Shown here: positions 18,245-27,768 of the stretch, one piece after another
How positions within the stretch are numbered: the first letter of the stretch is position 1
Layout of the letters: every line of letters begins with the position of its first letter
Assembly: GCA_037134895.1 (NCBI GenBank)
Contig: JBAXLI010000006.1
Span: 38,812-102,811 of the forward strand
DNA length: 64,000 nucleotides
Origin: Bacteroidota bacterium
GTDB lineage: Bacteria > Bacteroidota > Bacteroidia > Bacteroidales > FEN-979
Direction: 5' to 3'
Program-made: the position numbers and the translations under genes
The notes under the pieces: model-generated
What the model was told of the DNA's origin: nothing
The model's input: the letters and a program-made list of their open reading frames with translations, nothing else
Database searches by the model: none

Positions 18245-19603
18245 ATGAAGAGAACATTAATTTTCATTGCTGCAATTCTTGTGATTATGAGTGCATGCAA
18301 ACCTAAAACCGAACCGAAAGCAGTTGGCGGGAAAGTGGTGCATCCCGATTGGAGCCGCAACGCCACTATTTATGAGGTGAATGTGAGGCAATACACCCCC
18401 GAAGGTACCTTCAAAGCTCTCCAGCAACATCTTCCCCGCCTGAAAAAGATGGGCGTTGATATACTCTGGCTGATGCCAATTAATCCTATCGGTGAAAAGA
18501 ACCGCAAAGGAAAACTGGGCAGCTACTATGCAGTAAAGGATTACCTGGCAGTCAACCCTGAATACGGTAACATCAGCGATCTGAAAGAGCTTGTTTCCAA
18601 AGCTCATGAACTGGGAATGTACGTAATTGTCGACTGGGTTGCCAACCATACTTCCTGGGACAATGCACTGGTGACCCAGCATCCCGACTGGTATAAAAAA
18701 GACTCAACCGGAAAGATCATCCCACCTGTCGCCGACTGGTCTGATGTTGCAGGCCTGGATTATTCCAATAAGGACCTGAGGAAGTACATGACCGATGCAC
18801 TTTGCTATTGGGTAAAAGAAGCCAATATCGACGGTTACCGTTGTGATGTGGCCGGCATGGTTCCTGTGAACTTCTGGAACGAAGCCGTCCCCCAGGTCAA
18901 AGCCATAAAACCCATCTTTATGCTCGCCGAATGGGAAACACCGGAAATGCACGATTCCGCTTTTGATGCGACCTATTCATGGGATTTGTACAAACTCGCC
19001 AATGACATCGCGGCAGGGAAAAAAACAGCCGACAAGATTGATTCAAACTATGCAGGCGAAACAAAAAAATATTCTCCCGATGCTTACCGGATGAGGTTCA
19101 CTTCGAATCACGATGAAAATTCCTGGAACGGCACCGAATATGAAAGACTTGGTCCCGCCGCTCAGACCTTTGCAGTATTCTGTTTCACATTCCCGGGTTT
19201 CCCCCTCATCTACACCGGGCAGGAATCAGAAATGAAGCGCAGGCTGCGTTTCTTTGACAAGGATACCGTACCCTGGGGAAATTATCCGCTCGAAGGGTTC
19301 TACACTGCTCTCTGTAATCTTAAGAAAACGAACAAAGCCCTGCAGAATGGAGCTGCCGGCGGCCCGCTCGTCAAGATCAGGAACGATAACGAGAAAGTCG
19401 TTTACTCATTCATGAGGGAAAAAGACGGGAATAAAGTCCTGGTAATCCTCAATCTCTCTTCGGCACCATGCAAGGTGAAATTCCCTGAAGGCCTGCCCGC
19501 CGACACCTGGAAATCTCTTTTTGGCAGTGAAAATCTGAACACCGCCAAAGACCTTGTTATGAAACTGAAACCCTGGGAGTATAAAGTGTATACTAAACAG
19601 TAA
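18245..19603 (+). CDS. GH13 alpha-amylase lipoprotein (catalytic domain only)
   Basis: Lipoprotein signal ILVIMSACKP. GH13 regions DWVANHTS, DGYRCDVAGM, LAEWE, FTSNHDEN. Confidence 0.85.
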   Translation: MKRTLIFIAAILVIMSACKPKTEPKAVGGKVVHPDWSRNATIYEVNVRQYTPEGTFKALQQHLPRLKKMGVDILWLMPINPIGEKNRKGKLGSYYAVKDYLAVNPEYGNISDLKELVSKAHELGMYVIVDWVANHTSWDNALVTQHPDWYKKDSTGKIIPPVADWSDVAGLDYSNKDLRKYMTDALCYWVKEANIDGYRCDVAGMVPVNFWNEAVPQVKAIKPIFMLAEWETPEMHDSAFDATYSWDLYKLANDIAAGKKTADKIDSNYAGETKKYSPDAYRMRFTSNHDENSWNGTEYERLGPAAQTFAVFCFTFPGFPLIYTGQESEMKRRLRFFDKDTVPWGNYPLEGFYTALCNLKKTNKALQNGAAGGPLVKIRNDNEKVVYSFMREKDGNKVLVILNLSSAPCKVKFPEGLPADTWKSLFGSENLNTAKDLVMKLKPWEYKVYTKQ

Positions 19604-19641
19604 TCAGGCCAGGCGAAATCCGTTTTACCGGCCTTAAAATT

Positions 19642-21618
19642 ATGAAAACATATTCTTTACGGGCATCCGTGCTTGCATGGGCCTTGAGTTTGATTATGAT
19701 AACTGCCATTCAATCGAACGCACAGGATAACAATCCTTTTCAAAAGACAAAAAGTATCAGGGAGACTTTTCAGGTCTTGCCTGTTTTCGAAGTCGTACCC
19801 CTTGGCTGGATCAAAGAGCAGATCACCGAAAATCTGCACGGGTTTACCGGCCATCTCGATTCACTGGTACCTGATCTTATACTGGCGGATGACATTTACG
19901 GGAAGAACCGTCGCGGTAAACACGACAAGGCAAAGGACGTGGGAGCGATAACTGAGAACGGCGAACTCCAGGAACAGTTCCTCTGGTGGAACAGTGAGAC
20001 CCAAAGCAACTGGCGCGACGGGTACATACGTTCGGCTATACTTACCGGTGATAAGGAACATCTCAAGCGAGCGGCCGATTATATACAATATATCCTTATG
20101 ACCCAGGATACCGATGGATACCTGGGTATTTATAAAAAAGAACTGCGGTATAAATTTGACAACGAGAACGGCGAATTATGGTCAAAAGCCACCCTGCTCA
20201 GGGGAATGCTGGCCTGGTATGAATTCACGAGGAATTTCACGATCCTGAAATCGGTTGAAACAGCTGTGAAGAATGTGATGAGGGCCTATCCTGCAAATAA
20301 CTCACATCCCTTCTTTTCGGTCAACCCTGATGCCGGTGGCATAACCCACGGGCTCGCCTTTACCGATGTCCTCGAAGAACTATGGAGGATCACCGGCAAG
20401 GAAGAATACAGGGATTACTGTACTTTTCTTTACCAGGATTTCTCTGAGCAGACCCTAAACGAAGACGCCCAATATAAGAAGCTTTGCGATACATCCCTTC
20501 TTCTCAAAGGCCATGGAGCTCATACCTATGAACACCTTCGTTCCGTTGCCTCAGCCTGTTACGCTTCAGGGAACCCAATGCTGACAAAAGCCTTGAAAAA
20601 TTTCCTCTACAAGATCAGCCTGGAATCCAATCCATCGGGCGGCCCTTCAGGCGATGAGTGGGTTGGAGGGAAAAAGGCCGACGCCACCTCGAAAGGATAC
20701 GAATATTGCTCGCTTCATGAACTAATGAACAGCTATGCTTCACTTCTTGCCAAAACAGGCGATGCTGATTTTGGTGAATATTGCGAGAATATCTTCTTCA
20801 ATGCCGCCCAGGGTGCAAGAAATCCCTTTGAGAGTTCCATTGCATACCTGAAGACCGACAACTCCTGGTCAATGTGCGGAGGGCTTAACGGGGACACGAC
20901 CATTAAAACCCAGACCCGTTACAAATATTCACCGGTACACCAGGATGTGGCGGTTTGCTGTGTTCCGAATGCCGGCCGTATTGCCCCTTACTTTGTTCAG
21001 AACATGTGGATGAAGAATGATGAAGGGCTGATCGCAGTGTTGCTGGGGCCTTGTCAGGTTGAAACCACGTTTAAAGGTAAAAGAGTTAATATCGAAGAGC
21101 AAACATCCTATCCTTATGACAATACCCTGGTATTCACGGTGAGCACTTTTGACACTGATTTTGAGTTGAAGATCAGGCGACCTGCCTGGGCCAAACAGAT
21201 CACTGTAAGCGAGGAATATACAGAAGAGAAAGGATATATCGTAATAAAGCGCCATTGGAAAGGTGAACATTCGGTTAGCATTCAGTTTAATCCCCAGCCA
21301 GAACGCAGGCAAGACCTGAACGGGGAATATTACTTCACACACGGAGCTCTTATGCTGGCCCGTCCGGTTGAAAGCATCGGGCTTCAGACAAAGACGTTTC
21401 CTTTAAAAGGCTTCAGGGACATGCATTACAGGCCGGCAAACAGGACTGTATTCGAATACGCAGGGGAAAAGATCAGGCAAACCCGAACCGGCAAGCCCGA
21501 GTTCTCAACTCTTTTATATAATCCAACGTCAGGGAAAAATGAAGCGGTTACCCTTGTCCCTCTGGGGAGGACTATCCTTCGGCAAGCCACGTTCAAACCC
21601 AAATCAGAAGACAACTAA
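19642..21618 (+). CDS. DUF1680/GH127-family glycoside hydrolase-like protein (beta-L-arabinofuranosidase-type fold)
   Basis: Signal peptide. (alpha/alpha)6-barrel-like blocks (WWNSETQSNWRDGYIRSAILTGDKEHLKRAADYIQYILMTQDTDGYLGIY). An E-x-C (GYEYCSLHE) and a Cys-Cys-x-P-N motif (VAVCCVPNAGRIAPYF) match the Zn-binding/nucleophile Cys pattern known from GH127 HypBA1. Confidence 0.55.
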   Translation: MKTYSLRASVLAWALSLIMITAIQSNAQDNNPFQKTKSIRETFQVLPVFEVVPLGWIKEQITENLHGFTGHLDSLVPDLILADDIYGKNRRGKHDKAKDVGAITENGELQEQFLWWNSETQSNWRDGYIRSAILTGDKEHLKRAADYIQYILMTQDTDGYLGIYKKELRYKFDNENGELWSKATLLRGMLAWYEFTRNFTILKSVETAVKNVMRAYPANNSHPFFSVNPDAGGITHGLAFTDVLEELWRITGKEEYRDYCTFLYQDFSEQTLNEDAQYKKLCDTSLLLKGHGAHTYEHLRSVASACYASGNPMLTKALKNFLYKISLESNPSGGPSGDEWVGGKKADATSKGYEYCSLHELMNSYASLLAKTGDADFGEYCENIFFNAAQGARNPFESSIAYLKTDNSWSMCGGLNGDTTIKTQTRYKYSPVHQDVAVCCVPNAGRIAPYFVQNMWMKNDEGLIAVLLGPCQVETTFKGKRVNIEEQTSYPYDNTLVFTVSTFDTDFELKIRRPAWAKQITVSEEYTEEKGYIVIKRHWKGEHSVSIQFNPQPERRQDLNGEYYFTHGALMLARPVESIGLQTKTFPLKGFRDMHYRPANRTVFEYAGEKIRQTRTGKPEFSTLLYNPTSGKNEAVTLVPLGRTILRQATFKPKSEDN

Positions 21619-21619
21619 T

Positions 21620-23476
21620 ATGAGAAAGAAACTATTCATCCTGTTCCTGCTTTGCCAGGCTTCTGTCTTTTCCCAGAATACCAAAACTCCTTTAGACCAG
21701 CCCCCGTCCTGGGCTGCGTCGGCCGTATGGTACCAGATCTTCGTTGAACGTTTCAGCAATGGGGATCAAAAAAATGACCCCGGGATGGAAGACATCAATA
21801 TCCCTCCCCTTCACCAGATCGCGCCCAGAAACTGGTCGGTAACACCCTGGACATTCAACTGGTTTGAGCAGGAGGACTGGGCAAAGGCAACAGGCAAGCC
21901 CTTTATGGACAACCTGCAGTACCGCAGGTTCGGAGGCGACCTCCAGGGCGTGTTGAATAAACTCGATTACCTCAAAGATTTAGGGATCAATGCTCTCTTT
22001 ATAAACCCTTTGAATGACGCCCCCTCGCTTCATAAATACGATGCCCGCAGTTATCATCATATCGATGTTAATTTCGGTCCGGATCCCGTAGGAGATAAAC
22101 GCATGATCGCACTTGAAAACCCCGCTGACCCGGCAACCTGGAAATGGACATCCGCCGACAAATTATTTCTGAAACTTATTGAGGAGGCACATAAAAGGGG
22201 TATCAGGGTAATATTGGATTACTCCTGGAACCACACCGGGGTAATGTTCTGGGCATGGCAGGACATCCTCAAACATCAGTCGGCTTCGGCTTATAAAGAC
22301 TGGTATGACATCATTTCCTTCGACGACCCTTATACCCCTGAGAATGAGTTCAAATACCGCGGATGGGTTGGCATTGAGAGCCTGCCGGAGATAAAAAAGG
22401 TAAATGTAACAGGAAAAAGGGAGAACGGGCATCCTTATGAAGGGGATATCAACCCCGGTGCGAAGCAGCATATTTTTGCAGTCACAAAGCGCTGGCTGGC
22501 TCCTGATGGAGATAACAAGAAAGGAATTGACGGTTTCAGAATGGATGTGGCCGACCAGACAGGGATGATATTCTGGCGCGACTGGAGGAAATTTGTAAGG
22601 TCAATCCAGCCCGACGCCTACCTTATCGGGGAAATATGGTGGGAACAATGGCCCGACGTTCTCATGGATCCGGTGCCGTATACGAGGGGTGATGTGTTTG
22701 ATGCAGTCATGTTCTACCAGGTTTACAGGCCTGCAAGATACTTCTTTGCAAAGACTAAATTCCCCATTGATGCCAGGCAATTCCGCGACAGCATTGAACT
22801 GCAGTGGAACCGTCTGAGGCCCGAGACACGTTTTGCAATGATGAATGTTTCATCATCCCATGATGCCCCGAGGCTTCTCACCGATTTTTACAATACCAAC
22901 AAATATAAATTCAAAGCTCTGCCCCGTGATGATTCGGCATACCGGACCGGGAGACCGGATGCAGATACTTACCGCCGGCTTAAACTATACCTGGTGTGGC
23001 TGTTTACAACTGTCGGGGCTCCCCAGATATGGAACGGGGAAGAGATGGGTATGTGGGGTGAGGATGATCCCGACTGCCGCAAACCTTTATGGTGGAAGGA
23101 ATTCAGTTTTCAGCCTGAAACAAGGAATAACTACCAGCCGGGAAAGAAAGAATATGACTCTGTCGGCTTCAATCAGCAGCAATTCGATCTCTATAAATTG
23201 CTTATCAGGATCAGAAGAGCCAACCCTGTGCTAAACAATGGAAAATTTGAATTCCTTGTGACCGAGGGCCAGAAGCTCGGATTCAGAAGATATAATGAAA
23301 AGGTTGAAATAACTGTATTAATAAATACAGCCTCAGGCGTTCAGAGCTTTTCCCTGCCGGGTTGTAAAAACTGCAAGGACCTGTTAAGCGGTAAAATTTT
23401 CAACGGACCGGTTATTTCCCTGGAACCTTTCACGGCTGTCATATTGCAGGCTCCGGCCACGCAACAGAAGAATTAA
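21620..23476 (+). CDS. periplasmic GH13 alpha-amylase-family enzyme
   Basis: I prefer ATG 21620 (MRKKLFILFLLCQASVFSQ, a clean signal peptide, 1 nt after the upstream stop) over the track start 21539, which overlaps the preceding gene. GH13 regions DYSWNHTG, DGFRMDVADQ, IGEIWWE, SSSHDAPR. Confidence 0.85.
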   Translation: MRKKLFILFLLCQASVFSQNTKTPLDQPPSWAASAVWYQIFVERFSNGDQKNDPGMEDINIPPLHQIAPRNWSVTPWTFNWFEQEDWAKATGKPFMDNLQYRRFGGDLQGVLNKLDYLKDLGINALFINPLNDAPSLHKYDARSYHHIDVNFGPDPVGDKRMIALENPADPATWKWTSADKLFLKLIEEAHKRGIRVILDYSWNHTGVMFWAWQDILKHQSASAYKDWYDIISFDDPYTPENEFKYRGWVGIESLPEIKKVNVTGKRENGHPYEGDINPGAKQHIFAVTKRWLAPDGDNKKGIDGFRMDVADQTGMIFWRDWRKFVRSIQPDAYLIGEIWWEQWPDVLMDPVPYTRGDVFDAVMFYQVYRPARYFFAKTKFPIDARQFRDSIELQWNRLRPETRFAMMNVSSSHDAPRLLTDFYNTNKYKFKALPRDDSAYRTGRPDADTYRRLKLYLVWLFTTVGAPQIWNGEEMGMWGEDDPDCRKPLWWKEFSFQPETRNNYQPGKKEYDSVGFNQQQFDLYKLLIRIRRANPVLNNGKFEFLVTEGQKLGFRRYNEKVEITVLINTASGVQSFSLPGCKNCKDLLSGKIFNGPVISLEPFTAVILQAPATQQKN

Positions 23477-23490
23477 CCAAAAACTGAATC

Positions 23491-24420
23491 ATGAAAAAAA
23501 TCGCGTTACTGGCTTTAATTCTGAGTTTATCGGCTGCGACACAAGCCCAGAAGGTTAACCTGGCCTCAGGCAAACTGGTCAGAATTGAAAACTTCAGATC
23601 TCAGTACGTAGAAGCCAGGGTTGTTGATGTGTGGCTTCCCGACGGTTATACACCCTCAAAAAAGTATGCTGTGCTTTACATGCACGACGGGCAGATGCTT
23701 TTCGACACTGCTTTAACCTGGAATCACCAGGAATGGGGTATAGATGAAACTGTTTCGGCTCTGATAAAGAAAAGGAAGATACGTCCCTGCATCGTTGTAG
23801 GCGTTTGGAATGGAGGGAAACTCAGGCATTGTGAGTATTTTCCTGAAAAAGCCTTTGAGTCGATGAGCAAAGAGCAACAGCAGTCGATTTATTCAGTTGT
23901 CAGGACAGACAACCAGGCAGTGTTTGCGTCAAAAGTTATATCGGATCTTTACCTGAAATTCCTGGTTAAAGAAGTAAAGCCATATATTGACAGTGCTTTC
24001 TCCACCCTGCCCGACAGGAGCAACACCTTTATTGCCGGTTCAAGTATGGGTGGACTGATCAGCATGTACGCAATTTGCGAATATCCTGCTGTTTTCGGAG
24101 GTGCTGCCTGCCTTTCTACTCACTGGACCGGAATCTATACTGTTCAAAACAATCCTTTACCGGATGCCTTATTGGATTATCTTGAGGCTCACCTCCCCGA
24201 TCCGGCCTTCCACAAGATTTATTTTGATTATGGCGACAAGACCCTCGACAGTTTGTACAAGCCTTTCCAGTCAGATGCTGATGCTATTATGAAGACAAAA
24301 GGATATTCTTCTTCAAACTGGATGACCAGGTACTTCCCTGGTGAGGATCATTCCGAAAAAGCCTGGGCAAAGCGCTTAAACATCCCGCTTGAATTTTTAA
24401 TGAAGCCATCATCGAAATAA
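23491..24420 (+). CDS. secreted esterase (PF00756 esterase-D-like alpha/beta hydrolase)
   Basis: Signal peptide MKKIALLALILSLSAATQAQ. VLYMHDGQ block. Nucleophile elbow AGSSMGGL. GEDHSEKAW (His) near the C-terminus. Confidence 0.8.
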   Translation: MKKIALLALILSLSAATQAQKVNLASGKLVRIENFRSQYVEARVVDVWLPDGYTPSKKYAVLYMHDGQMLFDTALTWNHQEWGIDETVSALIKKRKIRPCIVVGVWNGGKLRHCEYFPEKAFESMSKEQQQSIYSVVRTDNQAVFASKVISDLYLKFLVKEVKPYIDSAFSTLPDRSNTFIAGSSMGGLISMYAICEYPAVFGGAACLSTHWTGIYTVQNNPLPDALLDYLEAHLPDPAFHKIYFDYGDKTLDSLYKPFQSDADAIMKTKGYSSSNWMTRYFPGEDHSEKAWAKRLNIPLEFLMKPSSK

Positions 24421-24430
24421 TCAAGGTAAT

Positions 24431-24467
24431 AAAAAAGAGGCTGTTCGGATTGAACAGCCTCTTTTTT
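24431..24467. terminator. bidirectional rho-independent terminator between convergent operons
   Basis: Perfect inverted repeat aaaaaagaggctgttc / gaacagcctctttttt with loop ggatt. An A-tract and T-tract flank a GC-containing stem. It lies between the stops at 24420 (+) and 24484 (-). Confidence 0.85.
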
Positions 24468-24483
24468 ATTGTAAAGAACCGAC

Positions 24484-25527
24484 TTAGTTCTTAGTCAGTT
24501 TGTATTTATAGACCGGTTTGCTGAGGTCCATAATAATGGTGTAGGTTCCGGCCGAGGGTACAGAAATGTCAAGACCGGCCTCTTTCAGAGTACCTGTATT
24601 TGAACCATCATCACCATAGTTCAAATCCCAGCCAGCATTCGCGCGGAATTTGATTTTGGCAGCAGTGAGGCTGAGTGTAACAGACCAGGTTTTGGCAACT
24701 TCATCATAAGTCATCGGTGAATCTGTATCCCAGCCGCCTGGTGTGGCATCTCCAATTACAGCCCAGGTGGTCAGGAGGAACTTATGAGTAAGGTTTGGAA
24801 GGTCGACATTGAGTTTGTAATACCCCTTGAGACCGGCCTGAATGTCAGCTCCGCCCTTGTTCAGTGTACCATCCTGCCCGTCATCGCCCCAGTTATTGGT
24901 CCAACTGTTACCCTGGCAGTATTTATATTTGCTGTTGTCATCCTTGAACCAGATATACCCTTCGTACTTGCCGTCGGATTTCTTCGAAGCAATAGTTGTA
25001 CTCGAATCAGCAGGGTTCCATCCCTGGTAACTGCCCGGAACAAATAATATCGGGTACACTATTTTCACAAAGTAAGGAGTGATTGTTTGCGGTACCGTCG
25101 GTGAATAGACCGGGGTTACATACTGGTTGATAGTAGTCATAACTCTGAATTCCATGTTGATTGGCTCGGGATTTGCAGGGTCGAACTCCATTGGCAGGAT
25201 CTTCATGTTCAGATCATAGGTTAAAACCGATAAAGTCAAAGCATTATTTACGAGACCAACATTAATGGCATCCTTAAAATTATTGCCTGCCCTGTCCATC
25301 TGGACGGTATATGTAGTTACGAGTGTTTGCCCGAAACTGGAAGCTGTCCAGTTATAAGGAATCATAACTGCAGAGTCGGTCTTTTTAAGAACAATCTGAG
25401 CCCCTCCCGTAAGGCTTAGAACCGAGGGTGTCGGGGGAGAGGCAAGCGTGGCTTTGGTCTCATCCTTTTTGCAGGAAAGGAAACTAACCAGACCAATAAC
25501 CAGGATAAATATTGATATTTTTTTCAT
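24484..25527 (-). CDS. SusE/SusF-like outer-membrane starch-binding lipoprotein
   Basis: Lipoprotein signal LVSFLSCKKD. Immediately downstream of susC/susD. All-beta sequence with repeated W/Y-rich binding-module motifs (PGSYQGWNPAD, WAVIGDATPGGWDTD, KFRANAGWDLNYGDD). Confidence 0.75.
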   Translation of the reverse strand: MKKISIFILVIGLVSFLSCKKDETKATLASPPTPSVLSLTGGAQIVLKKTDSAVMIPYNWTASSFGQTLVTTYTVQMDRAGNNFKDAINVGLVNNALTLSVLTYDLNMKILPMEFDPANPEPINMEFRVMTTINQYVTPVYSPTVPQTITPYFVKIVYPILFVPGSYQGWNPADSSTTIASKKSDGKYEGYIWFKDDNSKYKYCQGNSWTNNWGDDGQDGTLNKGGADIQAGLKGYYKLNVDLPNLTHKFLLTTWAVIGDATPGGWDTDSPMTYDEVAKTWSVTLSLTAAKIKFRANAGWDLNYGDDGSNTGTLKEAGLDISVPSAGTYTIIMDLSKPVYKYKLTKN

Positions 25528-25547
25528 AGTATCTGGGTTTTAACTTA

Positions 25548-27749
25548 TTAATATCCGGGATTTTGTTTAAGGTTTGGATTTGCAGAAACATCGGATGATG
25601 GTATCGGGAACAGGTTATATGTTGCGGGTACAGCAACGCCATTTTTATCGGCGCCTTTCCACGGCCATACATAAGTACCTGACGAGAACCTGCCAAAGCG
25701 GATAAGGTCGGTTCTGCGCTGGCATTCCCAGTATAGTTCACGGCCTCTTTCATCAATGATATAATCAAGGTTCAGCTGATCTGCAGTAATGTCTCCAAAC
25801 TGGTCACCGTATGCCCTTTCACGAAGTGCGTTAACGAGTTCAAGAGCCTTTGCGGAACTTCCACCGCCACCGCCCCTGAGGACTGCCTCGGCATACATCA
25901 GATATATATCAGCCAATCTGAAGAGCGGGAAGTCGGTGTCCATATAATTAGGATCCGATCCGCTGGCACCTGTACTGGTGAGGTTCTTGAATTTGGTTAC
26001 AGCGTAACCATCAGTGAACACACCAATGTCCTTGATCTCGAGATTCTGACCATTGGTATAGAACATCGGTCTCCTGTCGTAGCTGTTCCTGACAATTGTA
26101 TATGTGTAATCCGGAGCGCCCAGCTTCATTGTTACAACATAAGAGCCTGCTTCAGGGATATTAATATTTGCTCCGCCTTGTTCCAGAATACCATCGGCCG
26201 GAGCGTCATCGCCATAATTCAGATCCCAGTTACCGTTTGCCCTGAACTTCAGTCCGCCGGCAGTAAGGTCCATTGTAGCTCTCCATGTTTTAGTCGCAGT
26301 ATCATAAGACATTGGCGTATCTGAATCCCATTTTCCAGGGGTTGCATCTCCGATTACTGCCCAGGTAGTCTTGAGGATAGTAAAGGTGAGTGCAGCAGTA
26401 TCGCAATTAATCTTATAATAGCCCGGATCGGTGACTTTAATGTTATCGCCTCCATGTTTAAGGGTTCCGTTTCCTCCGTCTCCCCAGTTAACAGCCCAGC
26501 CTCCGTTGGCTGCGAACTTGAACTGAACTCCGGCATCATTAAAATACAGATAGCCTTCATACTTGCTGTTACTACCAACTGATGCTACAACATTGACCTG
26601 ATCGGCAGGGTTCCAGCCCTGGTAACTTCCCGGACAGGAAAGTATCGGATAAACAGCTGACTTTTTGGGCGGAACTGGTGAATGATATAATCCATAGGCA
26701 AGATTCGGATAGAACAATTTCACCAGGTTCTTGGTTGTGCGGGTTCCTCCCCATTTGGCTGAAGTACCGTAATCAGCAGGTGTCATACTGCCACCAATTG
26801 AAGCGGCAATAATAAAAGTGGTTCCGCCATAGGTACGGGTGCGTACGCCGTCATACTCAATCGGGAAGATGATCTCATTGCTGCTATGGTTGTCGGCGAG
26901 GAAAAGATCCGCATAGATCGGTTCCAGGGTATAACCTGCAGTGAGGATGTTGTTGCAATAGGTAAGACACTCGGTATACTTGGGTGTACCAATGTACACT
27001 TCTGCATTCAGGTATAGTTTTGAAAGCAAAGTCCAGACAGCCCCTTTGTCGGCACGGCCGTATTCATTGCCACGTGCGGATATCATCACTGGTTCAATGG
27101 ACAGAAGCTCACTTTCAATATAATTAAAGAGATCTGCACGCTTTATCTGAGGAGGGAAGAACTTTCCGGGAATATCATTCTCGGTTACAAACGGCACATT
27201 GCCGAAGAGATCAAGAGCATGATAATAGCTCAAAGCCCTCAGGAAACGTGCTTCTGCGCGGAAAGCCTGAACATTGGCTTTATCCTGCCCGGTAATGCCC
27301 CTCTCGTCGAGTTTGCTGTCCTGTGATTCACGGATGAACTCGTTGCAAAGGCTAACCTGGTAAAATATCCTGTAATACATGGCTGCGATGAAAATATCGC
27401 CTGAACCCCAGGTCTGATAATGAAAATTCCAGATGGTCTGGTCGTTCCAGCTGATGATAGCTTCATCGGTTGTGAGTTCCTGGTGGTACCAGAAACCGCG
27501 TAAGTATTCGCCAAACCCTTCGTCAATCCCGCTGATATCGGGATTTCCTGCTGGGCCCTGCTGGCCGGATACAGAAAGGCCTGCATAGCATTTTGCCAGA
27601 ACCTGCTTGTAACCCTGTGCAGTTGTGTAAGCATTTGCAGGGGTAATTGAAGTAGGATTAATAGGCGTGGTATTCAAATCCTTGACGCAGGATCCAAGAA
27701 ACAGCGCTAAGGCTGTTACCATGAATGTTATTTTTAATATTCTTTTCAT
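25548..27749 (-). CDS. SusD-like (RagB/SusD family) lipoprotein carrying an internal SusE/F-type binding-module insertion
   Basis: I prefer the start at 27749 (MKRILKITFMVTALALFLGSC, a lipoprotein signal) over the track start 27788. SusD N-terminal TPR-like region (AYTTAQGYKQVLAKCYAGL...RFLRALSYYHALDLFGNVPF) and C-terminal region (FPLFRLADIYLMYAEAVLRG...IDERGRELYWECQRRTDLIRFGRF) are present. They are separated by ~200 aa homologous to the adjacent SusE/F-like protein. Confidence 0.85.
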   Translation of the reverse strand: MKRILKITFMVTALALFLGSCVKDLNTTPINPTSITPANAYTTAQGYKQVLAKCYAGLSVSGQQGPAGNPDISGIDEGFGEYLRGFWYHQELTTDEAIISWNDQTIWNFHYQTWGSGDIFIAAMYYRIFYQVSLCNEFIRESQDSKLDERGITGQDKANVQAFRAEARFLRALSYYHALDLFGNVPFVTENDIPGKFFPPQIKRADLFNYIESELLSIEPVMISARGNEYGRADKGAVWTLLSKLYLNAEVYIGTPKYTECLTYCNNILTAGYTLEPIYADLFLADNHSSNEIIFPIEYDGVRTRTYGGTTFIIAASIGGSMTPADYGTSAKWGGTRTTKNLVKLFYPNLAYGLYHSPVPPKKSAVYPILSCPGSYQGWNPADQVNVVASVGSNSKYEGYLYFNDAGVQFKFAANGGWAVNWGDGGNGTLKHGGDNIKVTDPGYYKINCDTAALTFTILKTTWAVIGDATPGKWDSDTPMSYDTATKTWRATMDLTAGGLKFRANGNWDLNYGDDAPADGILEQGGANINIPEAGSYVVTMKLGAPDYTYTIVRNSYDRRPMFYTNGQNLEIKDIGVFTDGYAVTKFKNLTSTGASGSDPNYMDTDFPLFRLADIYLMYAEAVLRGGGGGSSAKALELVNALRERAYGDQFGDITADQLNLDYIIDERGRELYWECQRRTDLIRFGRFSSGTYVWPWKGADKNGVAVPATYNLFPIPSSDVSANPNLKQNPGY

Positions 27750-27768
27750 CTTTCTAAAAATTTTAGCG

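Noticed and set aside
21539-21619. N-terminal extension of the 645-aa GH13 ORF
   Set aside because: The extension overlaps the 3' end of the GH127-like gene by 80 nt and has no signal-peptide character. ATG 21620 gives a canonical signal peptide and a 1-nt gene junction.
25484-25768. 94-aa minus-strand ORF spanning the susD/susE-like junction
   Set aside because: It is an off-frame overlap with the 3' end of the SusD-like gene and the 5' end of the SusE/F-like gene, and it has no features of its own.
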